Below are positions 31,367 through 41,762 of a stretch of DNA of 64,000 bases, in pieces. The notes below the pieces were generated by a model, which saw nothing but the letters and a program-made list of their open reading frames with translations, was not told the origin of the DNA and made no database searches. Source of the stretch: Sedimentisphaerales bacterium (lineage in GTDB: Bacteria; Planctomycetota; Phycisphaerae; Sedimentisphaerales; SM23-30); assembly GCA_963663965.2 (NCBI GenBank), contig CAXXFK010000010.1, positions 192,001-256,000 on the forward strand, in the 5' to 3' direction. Made by a program: the position numbers and the translations under genes. Positions within the stretch are counted from its first letter, which is position 1. Each line of letters begins with the position of its first letter.

Positions 31367-33514
31367 TTAAGGATTGGGATAGATCATATTATTAAGAAGC
31401 CATTGATCTATAAAAATATCAAGGTCTTCAACATCGACGATACAATCTCCATTCAGATCATAGGGAGATATTTCCACACAAACGCTTTCACCCGTCAGAT
31501 CGGCATAAAGCTGAGCGATTTCATAGGGGTCAATGGCATAGTTCCAGATCATAATCTCATCAACCAGCCCTTTGAAGCCGCCAGTACCATTGGGCCGCGC
31601 GGCCCCAAAAGTCAGGGGATCGGTATGCACATCAATCGCATTCATGTTTTCTGATGAGGTATCAATCAATATGCCATCAACATAAAGCTTTAAAAACTGG
31701 CCGTCGTATTGCCCGGCCAGCAGATGCCAGGCGCCATCCGTCAGAGTATCCAGACTGGCTACAGTCGCATCGGTGGCTTGTTTTAAGTTAAACTGGCCAA
31801 CATCGGGACAGCGCAGCATCCAACCAATACTGCCTCCATTGTCCTGTTTTGTCACCGCAGTCGCATACGCATTGACTTCATCGGCTTTCACCCAGGCACA
31901 AATCGTTAAGCCCTCTGGATAGAAGTTGAAGTATTCCGCGGCGCCTTCCTGATCGATTCGGACCACTTTACTGTTATTGTCAAACTGAATGGCTTTACCG
32001 GAAATACCTCCATCCAGAATGACGGGTGTTTCTTCCGTTTCAGTTGTTGCGTCAACAAAACGGCCGGTCCAGCCATCCACCGTGTCAACTAAGGTATCTT
32101 CAAAATCCCAGTGTCCCAGCAAGCGCCTGGTCATTAACCGGCCGGATTTTGACACATTCACTACCGAACTAAGACTGTTAGATACCTCACAATAATACAG
32201 CCCTTCATCACCCTGGCTAATATTGCTCAGCGTTATCACTGCCGTAGTTGCCCCAGACACATTTTCGCCATCTATCAGGGGACTGGGGCTCCCTTCTTTA
32301 TACCATCGATAAGTCTCTGCATTTTGCGCGCTTATCGAAAACTGGGCTACTTCACCCGCCTGAACGACAACAAAAGGCTCAGGATCCGATAGCACCAGCG
32401 GATCGGGGGGTTCAGTCGTAAACGACCAGAGAGCGCCTTCATGAAGAATCTCGGGGCCCACAGTATTCGGTTCGTAAACGTCAATCCGCCAGTAGTAGGT
32501 TTTTCCATAGTCCAGTGCCAATGCAGGTGTATAACTGGTATCCATCTTTTTGGAAACAATCTTGGAAGTCATTAGCAAATTGGGATCCGAAGTCAAATAA
32601 ACATCATAGCCGTTTATAGTTTCGATACTGCCTGATTTCCATTCTAATATCGTATTAACTGAAACATTTCGGGTATAAGCCGGCTGTACTGGAAGCACTG
32701 CGGCTGATGCCAGCGTGGCTGTTACAGTGCCGCCTGTTGCGTCATAAGCCATATCTATCCCAAAACCTTGCGGGCTGATAACATTAGCAAATGTGCCGTC
32801 GCCATCGCCATTATTAACACCCCGAAAATTACTGATTCCAGTAAAAAGCGTCCAACTGTCACCAATTGAATATTCACCTGTCAGAATCATTTCTAAAGTT
32901 GAATTGGCGCCAAGTTCGAGTATCAAAGAGCTTCCGGCCACTGTGGCAACGGTTGGACCATCTGTCTCGAATGCTAAGGTCCCGCTGTTATCCACCACAA
33001 ATTCATCCTGAACCGCCGAGGGAACTGCCTGTGGATAGTAATATACCCGGCCATCCAGAATTTCAATAGCCTTACGCCCATCCAGGAATCCTCCATTATA
33101 CACCACGACCTCACCGGTCCCCCCATCGCCAATAAACGTATCAATCCCAGTGCCTGAGACCTGAAGCGTTCCATAAATATCGACCGTTGCCTTGACCCCG
33201 GGATATCGCCCCACGATGACATCGTCACCCGTGTTCAACTGCATATTGGCCGGAATAACAAGCTCTCCGCTATTTTCATTACCCACCATCAGCATAAATG
33301 CCCCCAAAGGGCGATTATAATCGGTTGAGAGGATTGCCAGCCCGGTTACGGTCGCGTCCCCTCCTCCATTAACGCCGGGCAATCCCAGAGACCAGTTATC
33401 TGCCTGATTAAAGTCGTTATCGCCCAATGAATTATTGAATATCGTCTGTGCCGGCGATAGACTGCACAACGTAAGCAATAGAGTGATTCCGGTTATGAAT
33501 ATTCTCATTTTCAT
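31367..33514 (-). CDS. Secreted Ig + LamG protein with dockerin-like C-terminal motif
   Basis: AGGAG before ATG 33514; Ig 'DEGLYYC'; LamG 'FKGLVDEIMIWNYAI'; ends DLNGDCIVDVEDLDIFIDQWL. Confidence 0.85.
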   Translation of the reverse strand: MKMRIFITGITLLLTLCSLSPAQTIFNNSLGDNDFNQADNWSLGLPGVNGGGDATVTGLAILSTDYNRPLGAFMLMVGNENSGELVIPANMQLNTGDDVIVGRYPGVKATVDIYGTLQVSGTGIDTFIGDGGTGEVVVYNGGFLDGRKAIEILDGRVYYYPQAVPSAVQDEFVVDNSGTLAFETDGPTVATVAGSSLILELGANSTLEMILTGEYSIGDSWTLFTGISNFRGVNNGDGDGTFANVISPQGFGIDMAYDATGGTVTATLASAAVLPVQPAYTRNVSVNTILEWKSGSIETINGYDVYLTSDPNLLMTSKIVSKKMDTSYTPALALDYGKTYYWRIDVYEPNTVGPEILHEGALWSFTTEPPDPLVLSDPEPFVVVQAGEVAQFSISAQNAETYRWYKEGSPSPLIDGENVSGATTAVITLSNISQGDEGLYYCEVSNSLSSVVNVSKSGRLMTRRLLGHWDFEDTLVDTVDGWTGRFVDATTETEETPVILDGGISGKAIQFDNNSKVVRIDQEGAAEYFNFYPEGLTICAWVKADEVNAYATAVTKQDNGGSIGWMLRCPDVGQFNLKQATDATVASLDTLTDGAWHLLAGQYDGQFLKLYVDGILIDTSSENMNAIDVHTDPLTFGAARPNGTGGFKGLVDEIMIWNYAIDPYEIAQLYADLTGESVCVEISPYDLNGDCIVDVEDLDIFIDQWLLNNMIYPNP

Positions 33515-33573
33515 AATTGAATTCTCCTGTATATAAATGATTAAGTTCATGTTAATGTCCGGTATGGATTGAT

Positions 33574-35811
33574 TTACATTTGAGGGCCAACGCGATTGGT
33601 TGAAAGCCACGAAGAACTGATAATGGCAAAATCATTGAGATCCACCACACAATCATTATTGAAATCATACGTAGGCCTTTGATAACAAATCGCTGTATGA
33701 CTCATATTGGCGTACATCTGAGCGACTTCAGTCGGGCTCAATGAGAACGTCCAGAGTGAAACTTCATCCAGATAACCCAGTAAAGGAGAATTCAAACCGT
33801 CAGCGGTAGCCGCACCAAATATCAGCGGTTGACTATTGGTTTCAGGCGTTACTTCGGATGGATCACTCATCGCAACCTGGATTCCGTCAGAATACAAAAA
33901 TACAATGCCGGTTAATGGATCGTAAGAACCGGTAATCATATGCCATTGACCATCCATAACGCCGGCCGGAATCCCAAGATCAACTATGGTACGCAGGGTA
34001 GAAATGGCATTATCGGCGTTATGATTGATCAGAAATCCCTGGGACTTATCCAGTTCCTGCTTCGACACCAGACAGCCATATCCATCCTGAGTTGTCTTGA
34101 CCCAGGCATTGACCGTATAGCCTTGTGGGTAGAAATTAAAGAAATCGACGCTGTCGGTTATCTGGATATGCCTGCCATCGCCCTCGAACTGAAAGGCTTT
34201 ACCAGCCAGGGTATTGGGCTCATCAAGCTGAACAAAGGTTGGGATCGGTAATGGATTGAGTTCGTTGGGGTCGTAGTAGATTCCTTCAAATCCGGAAATG
34301 TCATCCATTAAATCATCTTCAAAACTCCAGTGAGCGATCAATCGATGAGTTAACAATCTTGCCGGATTAGATTGAACCGTCACTTCTGAAGTACTGTTGG
34401 CTACGACACAATAGTATTCACCTTCATCCGGCTGTTCCACATTAGCAATCTGCAGCGTATTGGTATCGGCCCCGGAAATGTCGCCCCCATTCTGCAGGGG
34501 AACTGCTTCTCCAACTTTATACCAGGTAAAAATTTCCGCGTTGAAAGTTGCCACACTGAAAGTTGCAGATGATCCACTCGCAACCGTAACCGGTTGTGGG
34601 TGAACATCGATTTTGGGTTCCGGAGGTTCGGTCCTGAAGGTCCAAAGTGGTCCGACAGTCATCACATCCGGATCAGGAGCGTTGGGTTCATAGACATTGA
34701 CAAACCAGGCATAATCCGTTGCGTATTCCAGATCTCCACCCGGAAGCGGATCCACCGACGTGATGAGTTGCTGACTGACAATCTGATTCAGGCCATAATT
34801 GGGCAGCATTTCATTGGGATCTGTGCCAAAATAGACATCGTATTTCGTAGGGGTGACTGTCGGCCCCGGTTCCCAGTTCAGAATCGATGAAATCGGCACA
34901 CGAATCTGGTTATGAGTCGGACTGACCGGTTTAACCAGAATTGAGGTTAATGTAACCACTATCGAGCCATCTGCTCCCCCGTCAGGTGGATTATAGACGA
35001 TATCAAAGGTAGCCCCTTGTTTATTAACCACTTCACTGAATACACCTGTCCCGGTTCCATTAGCGCCGGTAAAACTACCCACTCCATTGAAGAGTGTCCA
35101 ACTATCCCCGATTTGATAGGCGCCACCCAGAATGATTTCAACCTTGGCATCAGCACCGATACTCAAAACATAACCATCGGTATCTCCAGCAACTACTGTG
35201 CCAACTTCCGTTCCATCAGTCACAAATGCAATCGTCCCATCATCCCATACCTCATAAAGATCCTTGGGGGCCGAGGCGACAACCTGCGGATAATACGTCA
35301 CCTTACCGTTGCGAATATAGGTCCCTTTGACACCATTCAACAAACCCCCGTTATAAACATTTACATAACCAACTCCTCCAGCCGTATCGCCTACCAGAAT
35401 GTACGAATTATTACCCCGCGCGTCGAGCATTCCGTAAAGTTCGACATATCCAACTGATCCTGCTCCTACACCAATCTGGATATCCTCTGCCGAATTACCT
35501 TTATAGACTTCGTGGCCAGCATTCACGATTAAAGTACCACTGGTACCATCCTGCCCAATTATAATGTCTATATCCGGCTCACCGCCGCCTCCAAACGAGG
35601 CGGTGGTACTTGCTGTCAGTCCGTTTTTTATAACCAGATCGTATTCATCCTCACTTTGACTCGGATCAGGCAATCCATTAGTCCAGTTGGCTGGATCATT
35701 AAAATCCTGATTACCTAAAGCATCGGTAAACACCGATTGCCCAAAGGACACTTGTAAGGTATTAAATAATAAAATACTTACCAGCCAGACGAATTTTCTC
35801 TTCATGACCAT
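33574..35811 (-). CDS. Secreted Ig + LamG protein with dockerin-like C-terminal motif
   Basis: AGGAG before ATG; 'DEGEYYC'; LamG 'GYLDEVSLW'; ends DFNNDCVVDLNDFAIISSSWL. Confidence 0.85.
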   Translation of the reverse strand: MVMKRKFVWLVSILLFNTLQVSFGQSVFTDALGNQDFNDPANWTNGLPDPSQSEDEYDLVIKNGLTASTTASFGGGGEPDIDIIIGQDGTSGTLIVNAGHEVYKGNSAEDIQIGVGAGSVGYVELYGMLDARGNNSYILVGDTAGGVGYVNVYNGGLLNGVKGTYIRNGKVTYYPQVVASAPKDLYEVWDDGTIAFVTDGTEVGTVVAGDTDGYVLSIGADAKVEIILGGAYQIGDSWTLFNGVGSFTGANGTGTGVFSEVVNKQGATFDIVYNPPDGGADGSIVVTLTSILVKPVSPTHNQIRVPISSILNWEPGPTVTPTKYDVYFGTDPNEMLPNYGLNQIVSQQLITSVDPLPGGDLEYATDYAWFVNVYEPNAPDPDVMTVGPLWTFRTEPPEPKIDVHPQPVTVASGSSATFSVATFNAEIFTWYKVGEAVPLQNGGDISGADTNTLQIANVEQPDEGEYYCVVANSTSEVTVQSNPARLLTHRLIAHWSFEDDLMDDISGFEGIYYDPNELNPLPIPTFVQLDEPNTLAGKAFQFEGDGRHIQITDSVDFFNFYPQGYTVNAWVKTTQDGYGCLVSKQELDKSQGFLINHNADNAISTLRTIVDLGIPAGVMDGQWHMITGSYDPLTGIVFLYSDGIQVAMSDPSEVTPETNSQPLIFGAATADGLNSPLLGYLDEVSLWTFSLSPTEVAQMYANMSHTAICYQRPTYDFNNDCVVDLNDFAIISSSWLSTNRVGPQM

Positions 35812-36184
35812 AATCTCCTTCGGTTAAAAGAGTTAGATTAACACATAACATATCCATCTATTACTGGATATGAATATTTATAGTTATATTGCTCGACAAA
35901 TCTTTATATTAACAGCATTCAGCGTATTATTTTTGACATGTACCTTAATTATTGTATATCCTTCCAAGCAAAATCAAGAACGAAAAAATCCCCGAACCAA
36001 TATAAAATCTTGGCTTTCACTTTAAGAATGGCCGTAAATGTGGCATTTTATCCAATTGAATACCCCCACCATTGCACTCAACACACGTTAGAATCCACAC
36101 ATAAGCGGCTTATAAGACACTCTTAAATAAAGACTTATTGTATCAAAATTTAAACCTCCGCAATAACAGCCAGATCTCTTCCTG

Positions 36185-37459
36185 CTATTTGTCCTGGTTA
36201 TTGATACTGGTCATCCAAACCGCTCGAATCGCATCTTCGTCCCCCCATCCCTGGGGTACCCGGTCGCCTGGATTATTTGCATAATACCAGCGCATCTTAT
36301 CCAGTGGAGATTGTAAAATGCGACTGCCTGGCATCTGCAGGTAACCATCAGGATCATTCGTTCGAACCCAGTCCCAGGCATAGCGCAGCCATTCTTTTCG
36401 ATAATTCTTATCCTGATGGGCAAACCAGGTAATTTCATCATATCCCCACACCCAGCAACTACCGTTACTTGGTTGACCCGGACGACGACTCACACCCCAG
36501 TTATCCAGTTCCACCAGATAGGGTAAATGTTGACAGGACCATCCACTATATGTTTTTCCCCCTTTACTTCGCTTAAAAATACTATCCAGATAGCCAATTT
36601 CTAAAATTCCCTCCATGGGTTTATCCGGCACCTCTTTAATCCGTAAAGGAAATGAATGAAAATCCAGCAATAAATCCTCTCCATGCAACAGCCCTCCACT
36701 GGGAACATGGCCATCGCAGATCAGCATATGACGCCGGGCGGACCGGCCGGCATAAGCCCGCACCCGTTTAAGCAAATCCGCCCAGTGATTATTTTGTTTG
36801 TCATTATGATTCATAATCTCGACCTGGCCGAAATGAATCGCTTCAAAACCGAGATCGATATATGAAGCGGCCAGGAAATAGAACCACAATCGGGTTTCCA
36901 TCTTACTGATATCCGGCACCGAGGCATTATTACCCCAGTTGCGACGCTGGCCTTCAGGATAGATAATATCCTGGTAACGGAAATTCCGCTTTTCGACGGG
37001 CAGGTCCCAGGCCTGAAAAACCCAGTCTGGTATGGGCACCTGCTCGACCTGGGTACTGACGATCTCAAAGACACAGGCCTGCAAAACCATATCCGGATCG
37101 GCCTGATGGACCAATGGGACCTGCCGTCTGGCCCGCTCGAAATTGGCCAGCAGATCGGCTTCACCCCCCCAAAGACAAATGCTGCGTCCAATGAATTTGG
37201 CCCCGGTCGAATGGAGCATACGGATATTGTCCTCCAGATCGCCACGGCCATTCAGCAATCCTTCCATAGTAATGGACCGGGCCAGATACCGCTCTAAAGT
37301 TTCCCGGGATATCACACGATCAAACATATAGGGATTGGGATTGGTTTTTTCTAAAGCCACTGGAAGTAGTAATGGAGTTGGTGTGTCGAGAATCTGACTA
37401 TTTCCAGCTATACTCAACGCACTGATCATACCAGCAATAATAAACCCTGTACACTTCAT
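36185..37459 (-). CDS. Secreted hypothetical protein, possibly a TIM-barrel glycoside hydrolase-like fold
   Basis: Signal peptide, GGAG RBS, Trp-rich; 'GFEAIHFGQVE' and 'LVELDNWG' motifs. Function not recognised. Confidence 0.7.
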   Translation of the reverse strand: MKCTGFIIAGMISALSIAGNSQILDTPTPLLLPVALEKTNPNPYMFDRVISRETLERYLARSITMEGLLNGRGDLEDNIRMLHSTGAKFIGRSICLWGGEADLLANFERARRQVPLVHQADPDMVLQACVFEIVSTQVEQVPIPDWVFQAWDLPVEKRNFRYQDIIYPEGQRRNWGNNASVPDISKMETRLWFYFLAASYIDLGFEAIHFGQVEIMNHNDKQNNHWADLLKRVRAYAGRSARRHMLICDGHVPSGGLLHGEDLLLDFHSFPLRIKEVPDKPMEGILEIGYLDSIFKRSKGGKTYSGWSCQHLPYLVELDNWGVSRRPGQPSNGSCWVWGYDEITWFAHQDKNYRKEWLRYAWDWVRTNDPDGYLQMPGSRILQSPLDKMRWYYANNPGDRVPQGWGDEDAIRAVWMTSINNQDK

Positions 37460-37678
37460 GGCGATCTCCAGTTTATGATCATTTTTTCAAAAATAACCGA
37501 TACAGTCATCCAGAATAACGGTTATCCGCCCCGTTTATTTAGTAAACCTGTTAAGAAGAACAATATTTAAACTTAAAATGTTAATCTTGTGGCGTCTTAA
37601 CATCCACCAAATAAATAAACACATAAAGCATTACAATATAAATACTTATAAAACCATGATGCTTTCTGCAATTTTTTA

Positions 37679-37706
37679 TTTACAATTTAAACAATTTGGA
37701 TATAAT
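37679..37706 (+). promoter_or_regulatory. Sigma70-like promoter of rpmE
   Basis: TTTACA-16 nt-TATAAT about 50 bp upstream of the GTG start. Confidence 0.55.
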
Positions 37707-37757
37707 ACACGACTCAAAATTTAATTAGTCAATCTTAATATCTACGGAGATGATACA

Positions 37758-37982
37758 GTGAAAGAAGGAATTCATCCCAAATACGACACTGCCAAGGTGA
37801 AATGTGGTTGCGGCAATGAGTTTACCACCCGTTCCACAATGAGCGAGATCAATGTTGAAATCTGTTCAGCCTGCCACCCTTTCTATACGGGCAAACAGAA
37901 ATTTGTTGATACCGCAGGCAGAATTGATAAATTCAAGAAGAAATTCAGCGGAAAGTACACGTTCAACGCGAAAAAATCTTAG
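37758..37982 (+). CDS. rpmE: 50S ribosomal protein L31 (Zn-binding type)
   Basis: [36 protein letters not shown]. Confidence 0.98.
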   Translation: MKEGIHPKYDTAKVKCGCGNEFTTRSTMSEINVEICSACHPFYTGKQKFVDTAGRIDKFKKKFSGKYTFNAKKS

Positions 37983-37999
37983 TTACCTTAATTAATAAT

Positions 38000-38048
38000 C
38001 ACGCTGTCTTCGAGTTGACTCTCAACTACTGAGACAGCGTGTTTTTTT
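38000..38048 (+). terminator. Intrinsic terminator after rpmE
   Basis: CACGCTGTCT...AGACAGCGTG stem followed by T7. Confidence 0.8.
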
Positions 38049-38101
38049 ATGCCCCTAAAACGTGATGGTGCGTAACACCTTCTCAACAAGGGATTTATTA
38101 C

Positions 38102-39205
38102 ATGAAAACCTTGCAAATCAGTCTAACCGATCAGAAAATCCTTGATAAACTGGCCAGTTTCGCTGAAGAATTAGACCGGATCGAAAAGCAAATGAACGAG
38201 CCGGAAATTGCCAGCAACCCGGCCAGGATCACGCAATTATCCAAGGATCACGGCCGGCTCAGAAATATGGTTGAGCCATTTTATGAGTTTCAGAAGATCA
38301 TGAAGGACCACCAGGGTGCGGTCGAGATGCTTGAATCCCCCGATTGCGATGCGGAAACCCGTATGATGGCAGAGGAGGAACTCGACATTCTGAACAATCT
38401 GTTTACGGAAAAGCTTAACCTGTTGAAAGAAAAGCTGGTGATGTCGGATGACGCGGCCATTGATTCGGTCATTATGGAAATTCGCGCTGGAACCGGTGGT
38501 GAAGAAGCGGCCCTGTTTGCCGGCGATCTGTATAATATGTACATGAAGTATTGTGAAAATCAGGGCTGGCAGGTGGAGCCGATGAGTTTTTCGCCTTCGG
38601 ATATGGGAGGCTACCGTGAAATCATCCTGGGCATAAAAGGCGATGGCGCCTGGTCAAAGCTGGGTTACGAAGGCGGCGGGCATCGGGTACAGCGGGTACC
38701 CGAAACCGAATCGCAGGGCCGAATCCACACATCCGCGGCAACAGTAGCGGTCTTGCCGGAACCGGAAGAAGTGGAGATTGATCTTAAAAAAGATGAGGTT
38801 ATCGAGCATGTCTGCCGATCCAGTGGTCCGGGCGGGCAGAATGTAAACAAAGTCAACTCCGCAATTAAACTGGAACACATCCCTACGGGGATTACGGTCA
38901 GTATGCAAGATGAAAAAAGCCAGCATAAAAACCGGGCCAAGGCCTGGCGTATTTTACGCAGCCGGGTCTATGAAAAATATATGCAGGACAAACACGCGGA
39001 ACGGTCAGCCACCCGGAAAAACATGATTGGCTCCGGGGATCGGTCACAGCGGATACGCACCTATAATTTCCCACAGAACCGGGTAACTGACCATCGAATC
39101 AACCTGACCTTGTACAGCCTGGACAAATTTATTTTGGGCGATATGGATGACATGATCGCCGGCCTGGTCGATTACGACAAACAACAGCGCCTGGCTAATC
39201 TATAA
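38102..39205 (+). CDS. prfA: Peptide chain release factor 1
   Basis: EIRAGTGGEEA, HRVQRVPETE (PxT), GGQ, RTYNFPQNRVTDHR. Confidence 0.98.
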   Translation: MKTLQISLTDQKILDKLASFAEELDRIEKQMNEPEIASNPARITQLSKDHGRLRNMVEPFYEFQKIMKDHQGAVEMLESPDCDAETRMMAEEELDILNNLFTEKLNLLKEKLVMSDDAAIDSVIMEIRAGTGGEEAALFAGDLYNMYMKYCENQGWQVEPMSFSPSDMGGYREIILGIKGDGAWSKLGYEGGGHRVQRVPETESQGRIHTSAATVAVLPEPEEVEIDLKKDEVIEHVCRSSGPGGQNVNKVNSAIKLEHIPTGITVSMQDEKSQHKNRAKAWRILRSRVYEKYMQDKHAERSATRKNMIGSGDRSQRIRTYNFPQNRVTDHRINLTLYSLDKFILGDMDDMIAGLVDYDKQQRLANL

Positions 39206-39212
39206 ATCTGGC

Positions 39213-40034
39213 ATGATCACCAGTACTAAAAATCCACTCATCAAAAAATACCTGGCTCTCCGTGATAAAAAAGATCGTTCACTATACAAACTATTTACGA
39301 TCGAAGGAGAAAAGGAGATCCTTCACGCGGTTAAGAACGGGATTGTATTGGATACGGTTTTATTTACCCCGGAATTGATGAAAGGCAATCAGCAACTCCG
39401 TTCGGCTGGATCGATACAATCCTTTATCGAACAACAGCCCAAACCCCGGCCCGGTATGATGGAACTATCGTCTTCGGCCTATCGAAAAATTGCGTATCGA
39501 CAAAACGTGGAAGGCATTGCCGTATTGGCAAAACTGCCCGAACGTAACCTGGGCAATTTAAACCTGTCAGATAATCCCCTGTTGTTAATCCTGCATAATA
39601 TCGAAAAACCCGGTAATCTGGGTGCGCTGCTGCGCACGGCCGATGGCGCCGGAGTCGACGCCGTTTTAGTGATCAGTGAAACCGGGGCCGACCTTTATAA
39701 TCCTAACGTCATCCGCGCCAGCCTGGGAGCCATTTTCACCCTGCCAGTACTGTCGGTTGACTTAAAAACCCTGCGTGATTGGCTGAAAGCACGTCATATA
39801 ACCACCGTGATGACCACTCCGGATACTGATCAACCGTATTCGGCCGCTGATCTGACCGGTCCGATCGCCATCGTTCTGGGCAGTGAAGATGAAGGACTCC
39901 CCCACAACTGGCTGGCCGAAGAATCCTGCCTGGTTAATATTCCCATGCGCGGGCAAATGGATTCTCTCAATGTCTCTTGCGCCGGTGCTATCGTTCTCTA
40001 CGAGGCCATACGACAACGCCATTCCAGCCGGTAA
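39213..40034 (+). CDS. TrmH/SpoU family RNA methyltransferase
   Basis: EKPGNLGALLRTA, GSEDEGL, IPMRGQMDSLNVS SPOUT motifs. Confidence 0.93.
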   Translation: MITSTKNPLIKKYLALRDKKDRSLYKLFTIEGEKEILHAVKNGIVLDTVLFTPELMKGNQQLRSAGSIQSFIEQQPKPRPGMMELSSSAYRKIAYRQNVEGIAVLAKLPERNLGNLNLSDNPLLLILHNIEKPGNLGALLRTADGAGVDAVLVISETGADLYNPNVIRASLGAIFTLPVLSVDLKTLRDWLKARHITTVMTTPDTDQPYSAADLTGPIAIVLGSEDEGLPHNWLAEESCLVNIPMRGQMDSLNVSCAGAIVLYEAIRQRHSSR

Positions 40035-40038
40035 TAGG

Positions 40039-40659
40039 TTACAACTCCACAAAGTTTTTCAATATCTGCAAACCGAGATTCTGTGATTTTTCCGGGTGAA
40101 ACTGGGTAGCCATGACATTATCTTTGCTGATACTGGAGACAAAATCGATCCCATGGTGCGTAATGGTAGCGGCCACTTCCGGATCACGGGGAGCCACGTA
40201 ATAGGAGTGGACAAAATAGACAAAGGCCTCATCAGGTATTTCACGATATAACGGCACTCCCGGCTTAATCGTAAGCGAATTCCACCCCATATGGGGGATC
40301 TTCAAGGTTTTTTCCTGAGGATGGCCGCTAAAATCGAACTTTCTGACATCGCCGGGGATAACACCCAGGCCTTCATATTCTCCCTCTTCATAACTGACTT
40401 CAAACAGGAGCTGCAAGCCCAGGCAGATCCCCAGGAACCACTTTCCACTCTGGATCGCCTGTTGGATCGGCTCTACCAATCCTTTCGTTTGCAATGCGGC
40501 GATCGCGTCGCGAAAAGCGCCGACACCGGGCAAAACCACTTTATCGGCATCCGCGATCTCCTGGGGCGTCGTCACGATCTTCACTTCCCCACCCACTTTT
40601 TCAAAGCCCTTGATCACGCTGTGCAGGTTGCCCATTTCATAATCAATCACTGCAATCAT
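40039..40659 (-). CDS. hisH: Imidazole glycerol phosphate synthase glutaminase subunit
   Basis: DYEMGNL, LPGVGAF, GICLGLQ, PHMGWN, YFVHSY, QFHPEKS. Confidence 0.97.
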   Translation of the reverse strand: MIAVIDYEMGNLHSVIKGFEKVGGEVKIVTTPQEIADADKVVLPGVGAFRDAIAALQTKGLVEPIQQAIQSGKWFLGICLGLQLLFEVSYEEGEYEGLGVIPGDVRKFDFSGHPQEKTLKIPHMGWNSLTIKPGVPLYREIPDEAFVYFVHSYYVAPRDPEVAATITHHGIDFVSSISKDNVMATQFHPEKSQNLGLQILKNFVEL

Positions 40660-40759
40660 AACTGCTCCAAAAAATTAACCGGTCCAATCTCGTCAACGGT
40701 CCACGAAAACCGCCGCGAGATAAGACCGGTTTAATTGCTAATGTCTATTCAAACTATTA

Positions 40760-41389
40760 TCAGCGGGTATAAACTACGATCTCAACCCGGCGGTTGCGTT
40801 CCTTCGAAGTGCCCACCGGATGATACTGGCCACGGCCGGCGGCGACCAGATGCTTCGCCTGAACCCCGTTTTCCACCAATTGACGTACAACGGCCAGGGC
40901 GCGTTCCGTCGATAACTGCCAGTTATCCGCCCACTTGCTCTTCTTGATCGGATCGGTATCGGTATGGCCAATAACCCAGACTTCTTTGCCATTGTGTTCA
41001 CGATTGATAATCGAAGCGATCTGACCAAGCTGCGATTTCGTCTTCAGCGTCACCGAGCCGGAATCGAACAAAATGTTGGTATCCAGGGTTACCGTAATGG
41101 TACCTTTGGCTTCATCGTAAGTACCGCCCATTTTCTCCAGACCACCGGGTTGACGTTCCGGTTTGGCCCGTTCGGTCTGCAAATCACGCAACGCGCGCTG
41201 TAACTCCTGCTCCAAACGCTGTCGTTCAGAATCACACTGCTGCTGGGATTGATTCGCTCCATCGAACAGCGCCTGGCAATTTTCCAGCTCCGCTTTACAA
41301 GCATCGTACTGCTGTTTATAACATCCGGTCGAAAAACCAACCAGAACCACCATGGCACAAATCCACAGGCAAGAGATCATTCGTTTCAT
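40760..41389 (-). CDS. OmpA/MotB-family peptidoglycan-binding lipoprotein with coiled coil
   Basis: Lipobox-like STGC; LFDSG, GHTD, NWQLSTERA, RNRRVEI. Confidence 0.88.
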   Translation of the reverse strand: MKRMISCLWICAMVVLVGFSTGCYKQQYDACKAELENCQALFDGANQSQQQCDSERQRLEQELQRALRDLQTERAKPERQPGGLEKMGGTYDEAKGTITVTLDTNILFDSGSVTLKTKSQLGQIASIINREHNGKEVWVIGHTDTDPIKKSKWADNWQLSTERALAVVRQLVENGVQAKHLVAAGRGQYHPVGTSKERNRRVEIVVYTR

Positions 41390-41709
41390 TGGGATTGCTC
41401 CTTCTTAGTTTTATCGGCATTTATCTGGTCAAGCACTTCTTGACGCACTTTCTTTCGCTCTTGCTCACTCTGACGCATTGAGCGGATATCTTTAAATAAT
41501 TTAATGATAGTTCGTGAAAACAGGGTCAGGGTAGCGCCCAGGCTGGCGGATCCTATAATTAATGCAAATACCGGAGCTTGCCAGAGACTCCATTTCAAGA
41601 ACTTAATCGTGACGCGCTCACTGTTGCTGGCCATAAAGATCAGCACGATCAATGCTAAAAACACTAATAATGCGATCTGACTATATAACCATACTTTACG
41701 GAAGGTCAT
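41386..41709 (-). CDS. LapA-domain (DUF1049-like) small membrane protein
   Basis: GGAGGT RBS before ATG 41709; two TM helices with 'N.E.V.I.FL.W', then a charged tail. Confidence 0.65.
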   Translation of the reverse strand: MTFRKVWLYSQIALLVFLALIVLIFMASNSERVTIKFLKWSLWQAPVFALIIGSASLGATLTLFSRTIIKLFKDIRSMRQSEQERKKVRQEVLDQINADKTKKEQSQ

Positions 41710-41762
41710 GCGTGACCTCCAAATATTCATTTATTATATCGTTTTCAAAAAATCTGATTGGC

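Noticed and set aside
40760..41389. Flagellar stator MotB
   Set aside because: No motA, and no W...Y.D transmembrane motif; it has a lipoprotein-type leader.
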